Source of the DNA: an uncultured Thermoleophilia bacterium
Lineage (GTDB): Bacteria; Actinomycetota; Thermoleophilia; UBA2241
DNA: 64,000 bases
Direction of reading: 5' to 3'
NCBI GenBank assembly: GCA_963765635.1
Contig: CAVXXF010000002.1
Span: 914,411 to 978,410, forward strand
In this document: positions 49,752 through 62,013 of the stretch, piece after piece
Position numbering within the stretch: the first letter of the stretch is position 1
Layout: the number at the start of each line of letters is the position of its first letter
Made by a program: the position numbers and the translations under genes
Notes under the pieces: generated by a model
Databases searched by the model: none
What the model saw: only the letters and a program-made list of their open reading frames with translations
What the model was told of the DNA's origin: nothing

Positions 49752-50330
49752 ATGCCGCTCATCAACTTCGCCGCCCGCGAGATCAACTACAAGATCGTCT
49801 ACTACGGCTGTGGCCTCTGCGGCAAGACGACGAACCTCCAGTACATCCACCGCAAGATCAACCCGGACGCACGCGGCAAACTGGTGAGCATCGCCACCGA
49901 GGAGGAGCGCACGCTGTACTTCGATTTCCTGCCGCTCACTCTCGGCACCGTCAAGGGGATGCAGACGCGGTTCCACCTGTACACCGTGCCGGGTCAGAGC
50001 TACTACAACGCCAGCCGCAAACTCGTGCTGCAGGGCGTCGACGGCGTGATCTTCGTGGCCGATTCGCAGATCACGCGGCTCGACGAGAACGTGGAGAGCT
50101 ACCTCAACCTCTGGGACAACCTGCTCGGCCAGGGCGACGACCTCACGAAGCTGGGGTTCGTGATCCAGATGAACAAGCGCGACCTCAGCGACATCTTCTC
50201 GGTCGAGGACATGAACGAGCTCCTCAACCACACCGGTTCGCCGGTCACCGAGTCCAGCGCGATCACCGGCGAGGGCGTCTTCGACACGCTCAAGGTGGTC
50301 TGCAAGCAGGTCATCGCCAAGACCGGCTGA
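49752..50330 (+). CDS. mglA: MglA-family small Ras-like GTPase
   Basis: Very high similarity to Myxococcus MglA (INYKIVYYGCGLCGKTTNLQYI, RFHLYTVPGQ, VIQMNKRDL). Confidence 0.85.
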   Translation: MPLINFAAREINYKIVYYGCGLCGKTTNLQYIHRKINPDARGKLVSIATEEERTLYFDFLPLTLGTVKGMQTRFHLYTVPGQSYYNASRKLVLQGVDGVIFVADSQITRLDENVESYLNLWDNLLGQGDDLTKLGFVIQMNKRDLSDIFSVEDMNELLNHTGSPVTESSAITGEGVFDTLKVVCKQVIAKTG

Positions 50331-50364
50331 GGCGTCGGGCCCAAGCCGCCGCCTCTCCCCCGCC

Positions 50365-52197
50365 TCAGGTCCCGACGCGCTTCACCCAGTCAAGCGGTTC
50401 GTAGCGTGACACGAACGCGTCGCGGAAGAGCACTGCGCCCTGCGCGTCGCGCACCGTGCGCTCGACCTTCACGCTGTGTCCGTCGATGCCGCGCTCCCAG
50501 CGCACCACACCGGGGCCGAGGTCTGCGTCGTAGATCACGCGGGGGTGTGCCTTGCTGTGGGCCGGCCTACGACTATCGTAAAAGGAACTCGTCTTGAAGG
50601 TCACCTCGCGCCCCGTCTTCCCCACGATGGCGACCGTGAGGTGATCGCCCTCCACCCAGCTGCGGATCAGCAACGCCTTGCCGGTGTCGTTGCTGAACTT
50701 GAAGTCCACGGCGCCCCAGGCCACCGTGGCGTCGCGGCCGATCGGGTAGTGCGAGATGTAGAGGGAGTGAGCCTCGCGCTCCACGACCGGGAGGCCGGCG
50801 AGGAGCACGGCATTGAACAGCGTCGTCGCGTACTGGCAGATGCCGCCGCCGACGCCTTGGCGCAGCACGCCGTCGGCGGCGATGACGGGGGCGTAGTCGA
50901 AGCCGCGGTTGGTGGTGCGCGGGCCGATCGCACGGTTGAGCGAGAAGGTCTCGCCGGGCTCGATGACGCTGCCGTCGACGAGCTGCGCGGCCAGGGCGAT
51001 GTTGCCCGCGCGCGTGGTGTTGCGCGGGTCGAAGTAGGTGACGAACTGCGCGCCGAGCGACGAAAGACCCATGGTCTCGACGTCTTCGCTGGTCAGCTCG
51101 GGCATGGCCGGCTTGAGGGCTACGAAGATGCTGCGCAGGCCGCCGCCCAGGGCGGCGTCGTCGAGGTCCTCGAGCAAGACCTTCATGTCGAGGACCTCGC
51201 CCACCTTACTCGGCGTGACCGTGATGCCGCCCTCGGGGTGGACTTCGATGCGTGCGTTCACGGGCGGAGTCTCGGCCCACGAGAACAGTTCGTGGAGCCG
51301 GGCGGAAGCGCGCTCGTTGCGGAAGGTCAGGGGGTACGTGTCGGCGTCGGCGCCCTTGTTGACGCTGAGCAGGCCGGCCATGTCCCGGGGGCTCAGCACC
51401 ACGCTTCGCCCCCGGTAGCGCAGCGTGACCGGACGCGCAAGATACATCGCCGCCACTCCGGCACGCGCCTCGGCGTCGGCCGTGCTCACCTGCGGCGGCA
51501 CGGCCTTCATCGGCACCGGCCCCTGGTAGGCCCTGCCATGGACGACGTCGGCCGTGATGGCGCGCGCCAGGGCCACGGCGTCGGCCGTCGTGCCATCCTT
51601 TGACGGCACGACCGTGACGCCGTCGCCGCTCGCCGAGATGTCCAGGCCCGCGTCGCGAGGCGCCGCGTCGACGGCTGCGCGCACGGCCTCGAGGCCTTGC
51701 TGGTAGGCGGCCGCGTTGACGTGCACCGCAGGCGCCACGTCCCCGCCGCCGCCGGGAAGCCAGACCTGAAGACCGAGAGGCAGGCTGTAGCGGCCGCGCG
51801 CCAGGGCGGCCTGAGCGGTGGCCGTCGTGTCGACGCTCATGCCGAGCTGCGCGAGGGTGAGCATGAGCGATTCATCGGCGCCGGTCTGGAGCTGGACCGT
51901 AGACACGCGCGGCACGAGGTCGCTGGCCAGCGTCTCGCGGGCCGCCGTGGCCGTCTGGCCGCCCACGTCGAGGCCGGCGACCGTGACATCCTCGCCGATA
52001 CGCGCGTGCATCACGAGCTGCAGCGTCACGAACCCCGCCGCGGACACGAGCAGGATCAGCGCGGCGGTCGCGGCCCAGACGTGGCGCCGGTACCACGCAG
52101 CGAGGCCGCGCGGCGGGCGGGCACGCCGCGCGCGCGGAGCAGTGCGGGCCGCCGGAGGAGCGTCAGGTGCCGGTGTCATACGTTCGTCCATGCGCAC
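50365..52197 (-). CDS. VanW-family protein with N-terminal TM anchor
   Basis: C-terminal VanW domain (ATTLFNAVLLAGLPVVERE...). Confidence 0.65.
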   Translation of the reverse strand: MRMDERMTPAPDAPPAARTAPRARRARPPRGLAAWYRRHVWAATAALILLVSAAGFVTLQLVMHARIGEDVTVAGLDVGGQTATAARETLASDLVPRVSTVQLQTGADESLMLTLAQLGMSVDTTATAQAALARGRYSLPLGLQVWLPGGGGDVAPAVHVNAAAYQQGLEAVRAAVDAAPRDAGLDISASGDGVTVVPSKDGTTADAVALARAITADVVHGRAYQGPVPMKAVPPQVSTADAEARAGVAAMYLARPVTLRYRGRSVVLSPRDMAGLLSVNKGADADTYPLTFRNERASARLHELFSWAETPPVNARIEVHPEGGITVTPSKVGEVLDMKVLLEDLDDAALGGGLRSIFVALKPAMPELTSEDVETMGLSSLGAQFVTYFDPRNTTRAGNIALAAQLVDGSVIEPGETFSLNRAIGPRTTNRGFDYAPVIAADGVLRQGVGGGICQYATTLFNAVLLAGLPVVEREAHSLYISHYPIGRDATVAWGAVDFKFSNDTGKALLIRSWVEGDHLTVAIVGKTGREVTFKTSSFYDSRRPAHSKAHPRVIYDADLGPGVVRWERGIDGHSVKVERTVRDAQGAVLFRDAFVSRYEPLDWVKRVGT

Positions 52198-52267
52198 TCA
52201 TTGTACGGCACGGGTTCGCGGCGGGCGCACGGCGTCCTGCACGCACCGCGCCCGCCGCGCTCGGCGC

Positions 52268-54778
52268 CTACTCGGTATTGTCGCGGATGACGCCGCGGAC
52301 GACCTCGAGAAAGCCCTCTGAGAGGCGCTCGGAGTCGGCGTGGTCGGCGCCCTCGGCGTACACGTGGAAGACCGGCTCGTCGGCGTCGGGCAGCAGTTGC
52401 ACCCAGCCCCCGTCGCGACGCAGCTGGATGCCGTCCACGAGGCTGATCTCGCCGTCGTCGCCGAGGTCGCGCTGCAAGGTCTCGGTGGCCGTGCGCATGA
52501 CCGTGCCCTTGAGTGACCAGGGGCAGGCGACGGTCTTGTGCACGAGGGTGCTCAGAGGGATCTGAGCGATCTGCTCGCTGAGCGGCCCCACCTGCGGGGC
52601 CAGCAGCTCGAGCAGCTTGCCGAGACTCATGACGGCGTCGAAGGCCGGCAGGAACTCGGGGAAGATGTAGCCTCCCCCGAGTGAGCCGGCGAAGACGACG
52701 CCGTCCGCAGTCGAGGCCTGCGCCAAAGCCGGCAGTGAGACCTTGGCGCGCTCCACCTCGACGCCGAATTCGCCGGCGAGCTGCTCGGCGAGGCGCGTGA
52801 CGGTGAGCGGCAGGACGATCTTCTCGCCCTTGCTCGCCTGCTGGGCGACGAGCTTGACGTACAGCAGCAGCGCCTTCTCGAGGGGCACCTCGTGGCCGCG
52901 CTCGTCGACGATGTACATGCGCTCGGCCCCGGGGCCGATGATGATGCCCATGTCGGCCTCCATGGTACGCACCAGGCGCTGGACCTCCTGAATGTTGGCG
53001 CCCAGCTCCTCGGCGGCGAGGCTGGCGTGGCGCTGATCGTTGAAGGCGCGCATGGAAAGCACCTCGGCGCCCAGGTCGCCGAGGATGTTGGGCAGCGTGA
53101 GCGATGCCGGCGAATACGAGTAGTCGATGACGAGCCGGTAGGCCCGGCTGCGGATGCGCTCCACGTCCCAGGAGTTGAGGAGGCCACGCACGTAGGTCTC
53201 CATGGCCCTGTCGGGGAACTCGAGCTCACCGAACTCGCTGTAGAAGGCGCGGCGGAAATCCTCGCGGCCGTAGTACTTCTCGATGTCCTTCTGGCGATTC
53301 TCGCTGAGATTGACGCCCGGTGGCTCGAAGACCTGGATCTGGATCATCTCCGGGTCCCAGCTGGAGATGCGCACGTGCAGGCCGCCCTGGGAGCTGCCGT
53401 TCTTGACCTCGAAGCGGTTGATGGCGCTGCTCGCCACGCGCAGGTCGCGGACCACGACGCCGGTCGAGCTGAGTCCGCAGATGAGGGCGCGTTTGATGAC
53501 CCGCGACGCCGGATGAGCGTCGCGGCTCGTGGTGACGCGCGCGCCCTTCTTGAGCACCGTGCCGTAGGCCATGGCGACGCGCAGCGCCAGCTCGGCAGTG
53601 ATGTCGACGTTGATGAGGCCGAGGATGCCGTCCTTGCCGAACAGCTGCGAGGTGCCGCGCGACTCCCAGATGATGCTGGAGTTGATCTGCGCCCCCGACT
53701 CGACCGACTTGAACGGGTAGATCTTGACGTCCGGGGCGATGTACGCCTGCTCGCCGATGATGCACTCGTCGCCGACCGCCACGCCCTCGCTGAACGTGGC
53801 GCCGGCCTTGACGTCGCAGTTCTTGCCGAGGATCGCCCCCAGCACCTTGGCTGAGGCGCCGATGTAGGTGTTGGAGCCGATCACGCTGTTGCGGGTCTCG
53901 GCGTGATCCTTGACCACCACGTTGTTGCCGAGCACCGTGTACTTGCCGATGCTGGCCGTGTCGGCGATCTTGGCGTAGTTGCCGATGTAGGCCGGCCCGG
54001 TGATGTTCTCGATGGAGTCGAGGTTGATGCCGTCGCCGACGAAGATGCGGTGCTGCAGCTCGATTCCGGGGATGCCCGCCTGCACCTTACCGTCGAGCAG
54101 GTCGCAGTTGGCCGTGAGGTACTGCGAGAGGCTGCCGATATCCTGCCAGTAGCCCTCGGCGACGTAGCCGTAGAGCGGCGCCCCCATCTCGAAGAGCTTG
54201 GGAAAGAGGTCCTGGCTGAAGTCGTACTTGGTGTCGGCCGGGATGTGGTCGAACACCTCCGGCTCGAGCACGTAGATGCCGGTGTTGACGGTGTCGCTGA
54301 ACACCTGGCCCCACGTGGGCTTCTCGAGGAAGCGGTCGATGCGGCCTTCGTCGTCGACCACGACGACGCCGAAGTCGAGCGGGTTCTCGACGCGCTTGAG
54401 GGCGATGGTGACCATCGCGCCACGCTGCTTGTGAAAGGCGACGATCTCGCCGAGATCGAAATCGGTGAGCGCGTCCCCGCTGATGACGAGGAAGGTGTCG
54501 TCGCGGAGATGGTCCTCGGCCAGCTTGACGCTCCCGGCGGTGCCCGCCGGCGCCTGCTCCACGGAATACTGCATGCTCAGGCCGAGGGACGAGCCGTCGC
54601 CGAAGTAGTCGCGAATGACCTTGGGCAGGAACATGAGGGTGACGACGGTCTCGTCGAAGCCGTGCTTCTTGAGGAGCTCGACGATGTGCTCCATGCAGGG
54701 CTTGCCGCAGAGCGACACCATCGGCTTGGGCTGGTTGCTTGTGAGCGGCCGCAGGCGAGTGCCCTCGCCGCCGGCCAT
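52268..54778 (-). CDS. bifunctional sugar-1-phosphate nucleotidyltransferase / phosphohexomutase (ManC-ManB-like fusion)
   Basis: N-terminal GGxGTRLxPLT nucleotidyltransferase motif plus left-handed beta-helix. C-terminal alpha-D-phosphohexomutase domain. Confidence 0.7.
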   Translation of the reverse strand: MAGGEGTRLRPLTSNQPKPMVSLCGKPCMEHIVELLKKHGFDETVVTLMFLPKVIRDYFGDGSSLGLSMQYSVEQAPAGTAGSVKLAEDHLRDDTFLVISGDALTDFDLGEIVAFHKQRGAMVTIALKRVENPLDFGVVVVDDEGRIDRFLEKPTWGQVFSDTVNTGIYVLEPEVFDHIPADTKYDFSQDLFPKLFEMGAPLYGYVAEGYWQDIGSLSQYLTANCDLLDGKVQAGIPGIELQHRIFVGDGINLDSIENITGPAYIGNYAKIADTASIGKYTVLGNNVVVKDHAETRNSVIGSNTYIGASAKVLGAILGKNCDVKAGATFSEGVAVGDECIIGEQAYIAPDVKIYPFKSVESGAQINSSIIWESRGTSQLFGKDGILGLINVDITAELALRVAMAYGTVLKKGARVTTSRDAHPASRVIKRALICGLSSTGVVVRDLRVASSAINRFEVKNGSSQGGLHVRISSWDPEMIQIQVFEPPGVNLSENRQKDIEKYYGREDFRRAFYSEFGELEFPDRAMETYVRGLLNSWDVERIRSRAYRLVIDYSYSPASLTLPNILGDLGAEVLSMRAFNDQRHASLAAEELGANIQEVQRLVRTMEADMGIIIGPGAERMYIVDERGHEVPLEKALLLYVKLVAQQASKGEKIVLPLTVTRLAEQLAGEFGVEVERAKVSLPALAQASTADGVVFAGSLGGGYIFPEFLPAFDAVMSLGKLLELLAPQVGPLSEQIAQIPLSTLVHKTVACPWSLKGTVMRTATETLQRDLGDDGEISLVDGIQLRRDGGWVQLLPDADEPVFHVYAEGADHADSERLSEGFLEVVRGVIRDNTE

Positions 54779-54874
54779 GACGACTGCACGCACGGGCCTC
54801 ACCTTCGCTTTCGCTCGAGTGACGGGGTTACTCGTGCGGCTATCGTACCAGAGCGCACGGAGCACGGCGCGGGG

Positions 54875-55435
54875 TCAGGCGGCTGCGCCGCCCCCGGCCC
54901 GCGCCTTTCGCAGCCACTCGATCGCCCTGTAGCCATACAGCAGGCCGCTGGCCACGTAGAGCGTCGCGCCCACGGCGAAGAAGCTCCAGCCGATGACACG
55001 CAGGTCGATGATGAACCACTGGATGGCGCAGATGAGGATGAAGTTGCTGGCCTTGCCCCAGCGACTGATCTGCGGGCCCTGCCGCGAGAAGCGCAGCGAC
55101 GGGCCGACGAGAGCCAGGATGATGCCGTCGCGGAGCAGCAGCGGCACCACGGCCCACCACGGCAGCGTGCCGAAGTACCAGAGCATGGCCACGAGCGTGA
55201 AGAAGAAGAGCCGGTCGGCGATCGGGTCGACCCAGCGGCCGAATTCGCTCTGCACGTCGAACTTGCGCGCGATGAGGCCGTCGGCGACGTCGCTGAGCGC
55301 CGCGAAGAGGACGATCCAGGCGGTCGTCCAGGCGGCGCCCGGCGCATACAGCGAATACGTCCAGACGACGAAGGGCAGCGCCACGAGGCGGGCGACGGTG
55401 AGGATGTTGGGCACGTGGCGCATGAGACGCTGCAT
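54875..55435 (-). CDS. CDP-alcohol phosphatidyltransferase family protein
   Basis: DxxDGxxAR...G...D...D motif (DVADGLIARKF...). Confidence 0.65.
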   Translation of the reverse strand: MQRLMRHVPNILTVARLVALPFVVWTYSLYAPGAAWTTAWIVLFAALSDVADGLIARKFDVQSEFGRWVDPIADRLFFFTLVAMLWYFGTLPWWAVVPLLLRDGIILALVGPSLRFSRQGPQISRWGKASNFILICAIQWFIIDLRVIGWSFFAVGATLYVASGLLYGYRAIEWLRKARAGGGAAA

Positions 55436-55508
55436 GCCGCGGAGTGTAGCAGACGGGGCGGGCAGGCTTCGCAGCCGCCCCCTGTGCTAGAATACCCGCC
55501 TGTACGGT

Positions 55509-55586
55509 CGGCGTGTGGCGCAGCCTGGTTAGCGCACTAGTCTGGGGGACTAGGGGTCGCCAGTTCAAATCTGGCCACGCCGACCA
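55509..55586 (+). tRNA. tRNA-Pro (anticodon GGG)
   Basis: Cloverleaf read by hand: C1-G72 acceptor, D-stem GCGC, anticodon stem CTAGT/ACTAG with loop CTGGGGG, T-loop TTCAAAT, encoded CCA. Confidence 0.8.
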
Positions 55587-55604
55587 TCTCTCCCCTTCCC
55601 GGAC

Positions 55605-56381
55605 CTACACCTTCACCCAGAACATGCGCCACGGTGACGCCTGGCGCGGGTGCATCTCGTCGGCCAGGTGGACGGCCCGCACGCGCCAGTGGATCTTACC
55701 CGAGCCCCAGCCATAGAAACTGTAGCCCACCGTGTAGCGGCTATAGCCTTCGTAGTCCTCGCAGGAGCCAGAGACCGTGCCCGCTGCCCGCCAGCGGCCC
55801 TTGCTGTACTTCTGGAACTCGACCCTCACCGACGTGTCCTCCGCATAGTGCAAAGGTCGCAGGGTCCCGCGCGAGGTGTAGGAGCGATTCACGCGGGCCG
55901 TGCCCGGAACGTTGGGGGCGGTGATGTCCACGTGCGACGCCGGTGACTGGACGTCGACCGTGAAGTGGTACGACCCGGTCGCCTCCGGCGCGGACATACA
56001 GAACGGGTTGATGAGGTAGGTCCCTCCGGCGCCTTGCGGCACCACGTACACGTAGCTCTCCGTGCCGGAGTAGCGGATGGAACTCTCGACCGCTGAGCTC
56101 TTGCGGGTGATGTCGGTGGTCCCGGGCGCCCACAGGCAGAGGTCGAAGTCCTCGCCTTCGGCGGAATACATGGTCACGATGAGCTGCTGCCCGTCGCCCA
56201 TGAAGACGCTCCACAGGTCTTCGTAGTCGGGCGCCTGGAGCGTGCCGTACTGCGTGCCGCCCGTCACGGGAACAGGGACGGGCATCGCCCCGTGGGGCGC
56301 CCCCATCACCGCCGGCGTCGCAGCACTCGCGGCGACCGCGAGCAGACTCACAAGACAGAGAAACACGAACGGCTTGCGCAT
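55605..56381 (-). CDS. secreted hypothetical protein (signal peptide MRKPFVFLCLVSLLAVAASA)
   Basis: Internal Met with a signal peptide; Tyr/Gly-rich beta-type sequence. Confidence 0.45.
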   Translation of the reverse strand: MRKPFVFLCLVSLLAVAASAATPAVMGAPHGAMPVPVPVTGGTQYGTLQAPDYEDLWSVFMGDGQQLIVTMYSAEGEDFDLCLWAPGTTDITRKSSAVESSIRYSGTESYVYVVPQGAGGTYLINPFCMSAPEATGSYHFTVDVQSPASHVDITAPNVPGTARVNRSYTSRGTLRPLHYAEDTSVRVEFQKYSKGRWRAAGTVSGSCEDYEGYSRYTVGYSFYGWGSGKIHWRVRAVHLADEMHPRQASPWRMFWVKV

Positions 56382-56479
56382 GTCTCCCACCCCCTCCGGC
56401 GGCCGCGTCCCAGGCGGACCGCTATCGTGTGGATTCCCATCTCGTGTCGCGGTAAACGCGCGCGACACCTCATGCTACG

Positions 56480-56905
56480 ATGCTGGAAGCGTCGTTGAGC
56501 TTGTCGGAGAGAGCGCGGACAGACGGGAGACCGCTCGTGCGAGACAGGATCAGGGTGGCGCGCACGCTGCTCGTCGTCTACGGCGTCGGCAGCGTGGCCG
56601 TCGCCATCCCGCTGCTCCTCGGCTTCGGCAACGCCGGAGACCTGGCGGATACCACGTCGGGCAAGATCCTCGCCGCGGCGCTTCTCGCCATGGCTTTCGG
56701 AGCGCTGGCCGCCTCCCGCGAACCGCGGCGCGAGCGGCTCATGATCCAGGTGATCATCGCGTTCACGGCGCTCTCTGCGGTGGCCATCGTCTACCGGCTG
56801 GCGTTTGGAGATCACGCCCTCTTCCCCACGCTCATCCTCTTGCCGCTTGCGGTCGCGGCGCCGATCCTCTTCGCGATCTTCTATCCTCGCGGCCCCGGCG
56901 TCTAG
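56480..56905 (+). CDS. hypothetical membrane protein (4 TM)
   Basis: ORF with four hydrophobic helices. Confidence 0.4.
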   Translation: MLEASLSLSERARTDGRPLVRDRIRVARTLLVVYGVGSVAVAIPLLLGFGNAGDLADTTSGKILAAALLAMAFGALAASREPRRERLMIQVIIAFTALSAVAIVYRLAFGDHALFPTLILLPLAVAAPILFAIFYPRGPGV

Positions 56906-57023
56906 GCCCAATTGGAGGGGTGTAGCGTGGCGTCACGAATGCCCCTCGCCTCCGTACGTGCGACGACCGGCCGTTCGGCCGGTCGTCGCACTTCCCACCT
57001 ACTGTCAGCGGGGGGCTACTCTC

Positions 57024-57437
57024 CTAGAAACTGACGATGACGGTCTGCGCACCCCCGTTGCCGCCGCCGTTGCGTGGCTGGCTCAGGGAGTCGCCGATGT
57101 CGTCAGGTACAGGCAGGTTGCGGAGCAGGATGCCGTACAGCTTGTCGGCCAGAAGCGGAGCCTCGTCGAGCACGCGCGCGACCTGCCGCAGACGGTATTC
57201 CACGAAGAAATCGGGCTCGACGCACAGCGCCTCAGCGAGAACGGCCAGGACCGGGTCGGCCGGAACCGGGCGCGTACCCTTGGTCAGGTGGTTCAGGTAG
57301 CCGGCCGAGAGCTTGGTCTTGTACGCGAGCTGGCGGTAACTGAGGTGCCGCTCCTCCATCAGGCCCTTCAGGGCAAGCGGGAACCGCTCCTGCGAGAACC
57401 TGTTCTTGGCTATGGGAGTTGTATACATGGCACTCAT
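57024..57437 (-). CDS. XRE-family HTH transcriptional regulator
   Basis: HTH ERHLSYRQLAYKTKLSAGYLNHLTKG. Start assumed at the internal Met; the long Arg-rich N-terminal extension was rejected. Confidence 0.55.
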   Translation of the reverse strand: MSAMYTTPIAKNRFSQERFPLALKGLMEERHLSYRQLAYKTKLSAGYLNHLTKGTRPVPADPVLAVLAEALCVEPDFFVEYRLRQVARVLDEAPLLADKLYGILLRNLPVPDDIGDSLSQPRNGGGNGGAQTVIVSF

Positions 57438-57543
57438 CGCAGTAAGGGGTATCGCCCGGAGTGCCCGGATACTTGAGTGGTATCTTTGCCCATGTTGCCA
57501 AAGCAGGCTACGAATTGGGCTTGAGAGCGGCCCGGCGGAAGAC

Positions 57544-59355
<1,812 letters not shown>

Positions 59356-59436
59356 GTGACCTCGCGATGACGAGTGGCGGACGAGCTCCTATCGTACCAA
59401 GCCTGCCAGCCGGGCGCAGGTCACCGCCGCTACCCC

Positions 59437-61023
59437 CTAGCGGATCGTGACGGTCACCGTGCGGCTCCAGGCCTCGGCGTGGGCGCGGGTGGCCGGCAGG
59501 TGCGCCCGCAAGCGATACGTCTCGGCCCTCGGCGTCCCGAACGGGCGGCTCTTCCACGTGCGCCCGTTCTTCAGCTTGACCGACCTCTGCAGGCTGACCG
59601 CCCGCCATCTTCCTCCGCGGTCGGTGAACAGGCCCACTCCCTCGCCGGGGAGCTTGGGGGTGACGACGCCGGAGAACCGGTAGATGTCTCCGACGCGCAG
59701 CACAAGGCGTGAGCGCGGCGTGCCGAGCTTCGGTTCGACGACCACCTGGACGGACGGGGCCAGCTCTACGACTGCCTCGCCATACTTGAACTCCAGGAGG
59801 TAGTCGTGCGTGAGCGACGGTTCGAGGAGGAACGACACTCTCCGGTTCCAGTCGCCGGACGCCCACGAGGCGGTGCGCGCTGTCTCCCACGGCCGACCAG
59901 GGACGCGCTCACGCAGGAGCACAGAGCCCGGCGCGTCGACGCTCACCGTCGCCGTCAGGCGCGTGCTCTCGCCGGCCACGATGCGCTTCTTCGTGAGCTC
60001 GACCTGGGCGGGCTCGCGACCGGCGCTCATCGTGCGGACAAGGCGGCCGTCGGTGGCAAGTAAATAGGCAACGCTCTGGCCGCCCGGGGCAACGGCGCGG
60101 CTGGTGCCCCCAAGTCCGGTGGAGGCGGGCAGCCAGCTCTGGCCGAGCGGTTCGAAGAAGCCGGCGTTCCGGGCGCCGGCGATGAGCAGGCTGCGCCCGG
60201 GCACGCCGGCCCAGGCCAGATACGGCCATGGCTGGGAGCTCAGATTCGGCAGGCCGGGCAAGGACGCGAAGGTGAGCGCGTCGTCGCTGCCCAGCACGTC
60301 GCTGCCGCTGGCTGCAAAGAGGTCGGGCAGGGCGTCACCCCACACAGGGTCGGTGGAGGCCGCGACGGAGCTCACGAGCCCCGCGACGGCACCGGCGATT
60401 GTCCAGACGTCGGCGACGCCGACGAGGATCTCGCCGGCCGCTGATCCGGCCACGGCTGTGCCGTCGCCGGCGATCGCGACACAGGTGATGGAGCTGAGGG
60501 TCGGCGAAGCCAGCGCGCGCCAGGTGGCGCCCGCCTCGGCGCTGCTCATGATCACGCCGTCGTCGCCCACCGCCACGGCGAGATCGCCGCGCAGCGCGAC
60601 ATCGTTGATCGCCGCTCGGGGTCCCGGCCCGACGTAAGAAGGCGTCCGCCAGGTGCTGCCGCCATCCTCCGTCACGAGGAGGAGACCGCCAGAGGCGACG
60701 ACGCCGCGGCCGGACGGGCCGACGGCGATCGCCGTGAGCGCTGCTCCCCCGAGACCGGTGGGCACGACGACGCTCCAGGAGTCTCCGCCATCGCGCGTGA
60801 CGCCGATGTGGCCGCCGTCACCCGCGGCGGCCAGACTGGTGGCGCCAAAGGCATAGACGTCGTTGATGGCCCACGAAGCAGCCCACGGCGGGGCCACTGG
60901 GGACCACGGCGTCGTCGCGGCAGCCGCCGAGGCCGTGCCGACGCAGAGTAGGGCGAGGCAGACGACCAGCGCCGTGACCACGCTGGTGCGGCCGAGGCCG
61001 CGAGCTGTCGCGCGAAGCGTCAT
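59437..61023 (-). CDS. secreted BNR/Ycf48-like repeat protein
   Basis: Signal peptide, repeated DGGxSW sialidase-type motifs. Confidence 0.5.
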   Translation of the reverse strand: MTLRATARGLGRTSVVTALVVCLALLCVGTASAAAATTPWSPVAPPWAASWAINDVYAFGATSLAAAGDGGHIGVTRDGGDSWSVVVPTGLGGAALTAIAVGPSGRGVVASGGLLLVTEDGGSTWRTPSYVGPGPRAAINDVALRGDLAVAVGDDGVIMSSAEAGATWRALASPTLSSITCVAIAGDGTAVAGSAAGEILVGVADVWTIAGAVAGLVSSVAASTDPVWGDALPDLFAASGSDVLGSDDALTFASLPGLPNLSSQPWPYLAWAGVPGRSLLIAGARNAGFFEPLGQSWLPASTGLGGTSRAVAPGGQSVAYLLATDGRLVRTMSAGREPAQVELTKKRIVAGESTRLTATVSVDAPGSVLLRERVPGRPWETARTASWASGDWNRRVSFLLEPSLTHDYLLEFKYGEAVVELAPSVQVVVEPKLGTPRSRLVLRVGDIYRFSGVVTPKLPGEGVGLFTDRGGRWRAVSLQRSVKLKNGRTWKSRPFGTPRAETYRLRAHLPATRAHAEAWSRTVTVTIR

Positions 61024-61970
61024 GGCGGAGGAGGTTGTGGAGGATTCGTCGTGCCGGACCCGCCGCCGGCCTGCGGAGGTGAAGCTACCGTCGTCGCGAC
61101 CGGCGCCGGCTGCGTCGCTGCAGGCTTCGGCTTGGGCTTGGGAGCGAGGGCGTCCCGAGCGTCGGCCACCACGGCCGCCGCGCCGGGAAAGTCCTTCTGC
61201 GTGGCGATCACCGCCAGCGCGATACGCAGCGCCGTACGCCACTCACCGCCTTGCGCGGCAGCCTTGGCCTTGCCCAGCTTGGCACCGAGCTCCGCGCCGG
61301 TCCGCGCTCGAGCTGCGAGGGCCACGGCCAGGTCGCTCGACGGCTCCAGCACGAGAAGCGCGGCAGCGTATTTCCCGGCACGTCCCCACGCCGCGTTGCC
61401 GAGCGACCTGCGTGCGGCGGCGGCGAGGTCGAGCGCCAGTGCATCCGCCGCCTCCCGCACCGAATCGCTTCTGTTGAGCGCGGCCCGGAAGTCGTTCACC
61501 TTGATCGCCTGGAGCGCGCTGCGGACGCCATCCGGGTCGCCGACCTCGAGACGAGCGCCGGCCTTCTCGAGCAAGGCGACCGCCGCCGCGCGGCGAGCTT
61601 CGGCTTTCTCGTAGCGGGCGTCTTCGGCCTGAAGAGCGCGCCGGGCCTGTTCCTCGAGGCTTCGCGCGTCGCGGTACGGAAAGACGAGCACTCGGGCGAC
61701 GGAGAATTCGCTGACTGCCGTCGAATACGCGTGGTCCTCGAGCGCTGCGACGCCGCGCGCGTAGTGGGTGTCCGCGATCCACAGGAGGACGCCGACCACA
61801 AGTGCCACGATGATGACCACCACCGCGATGCGCACTGCACGCGCACGCCTGCTCGCCGTCAGGTACGGGTCCTTCCATTCGACAAGCTCGGCACTGCGCC
61901 AGCCGTCGGGCAGGTCGGGCGGCTCCATTGCCTCGTTACTCGTCGCGGTGTTGTGAAGCACGTTCTCCAC
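61020..61970 (-). CDS. membrane-anchored hypothetical protein with Ala-rich helical repeats and Pro-rich tail
   Basis: One TM segment after an N-terminal cytoplasmic segment; start/stop overlaps the downstream gene (ATGA). Confidence 0.4.
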   Translation of the reverse strand: MENVLHNTATSNEAMEPPDLPDGWRSAELVEWKDPYLTASRRARAVRIAVVVIIVALVVGVLLWIADTHYARGVAALEDHAYSTAVSEFSVARVLVFPYRDARSLEEQARRALQAEDARYEKAEARRAAAVALLEKAGARLEVGDPDGVRSALQAIKVNDFRAALNRSDSVREAADALALDLAAAARRSLGNAAWGRAGKYAAALLVLEPSSDLAVALAARARTGAELGAKLGKAKAAAQGGEWRTALRIALAVIATQKDFPGAAAVVADARDALAPKPKPKPAATQPAPVATTVASPPQAGGGSGTTNPPQPPPP

Positions 61971-62013
61971 GTTCTCTCATCGATTCGTGCGCGGGCCACC
62001 TCGGCGCCTGGCC

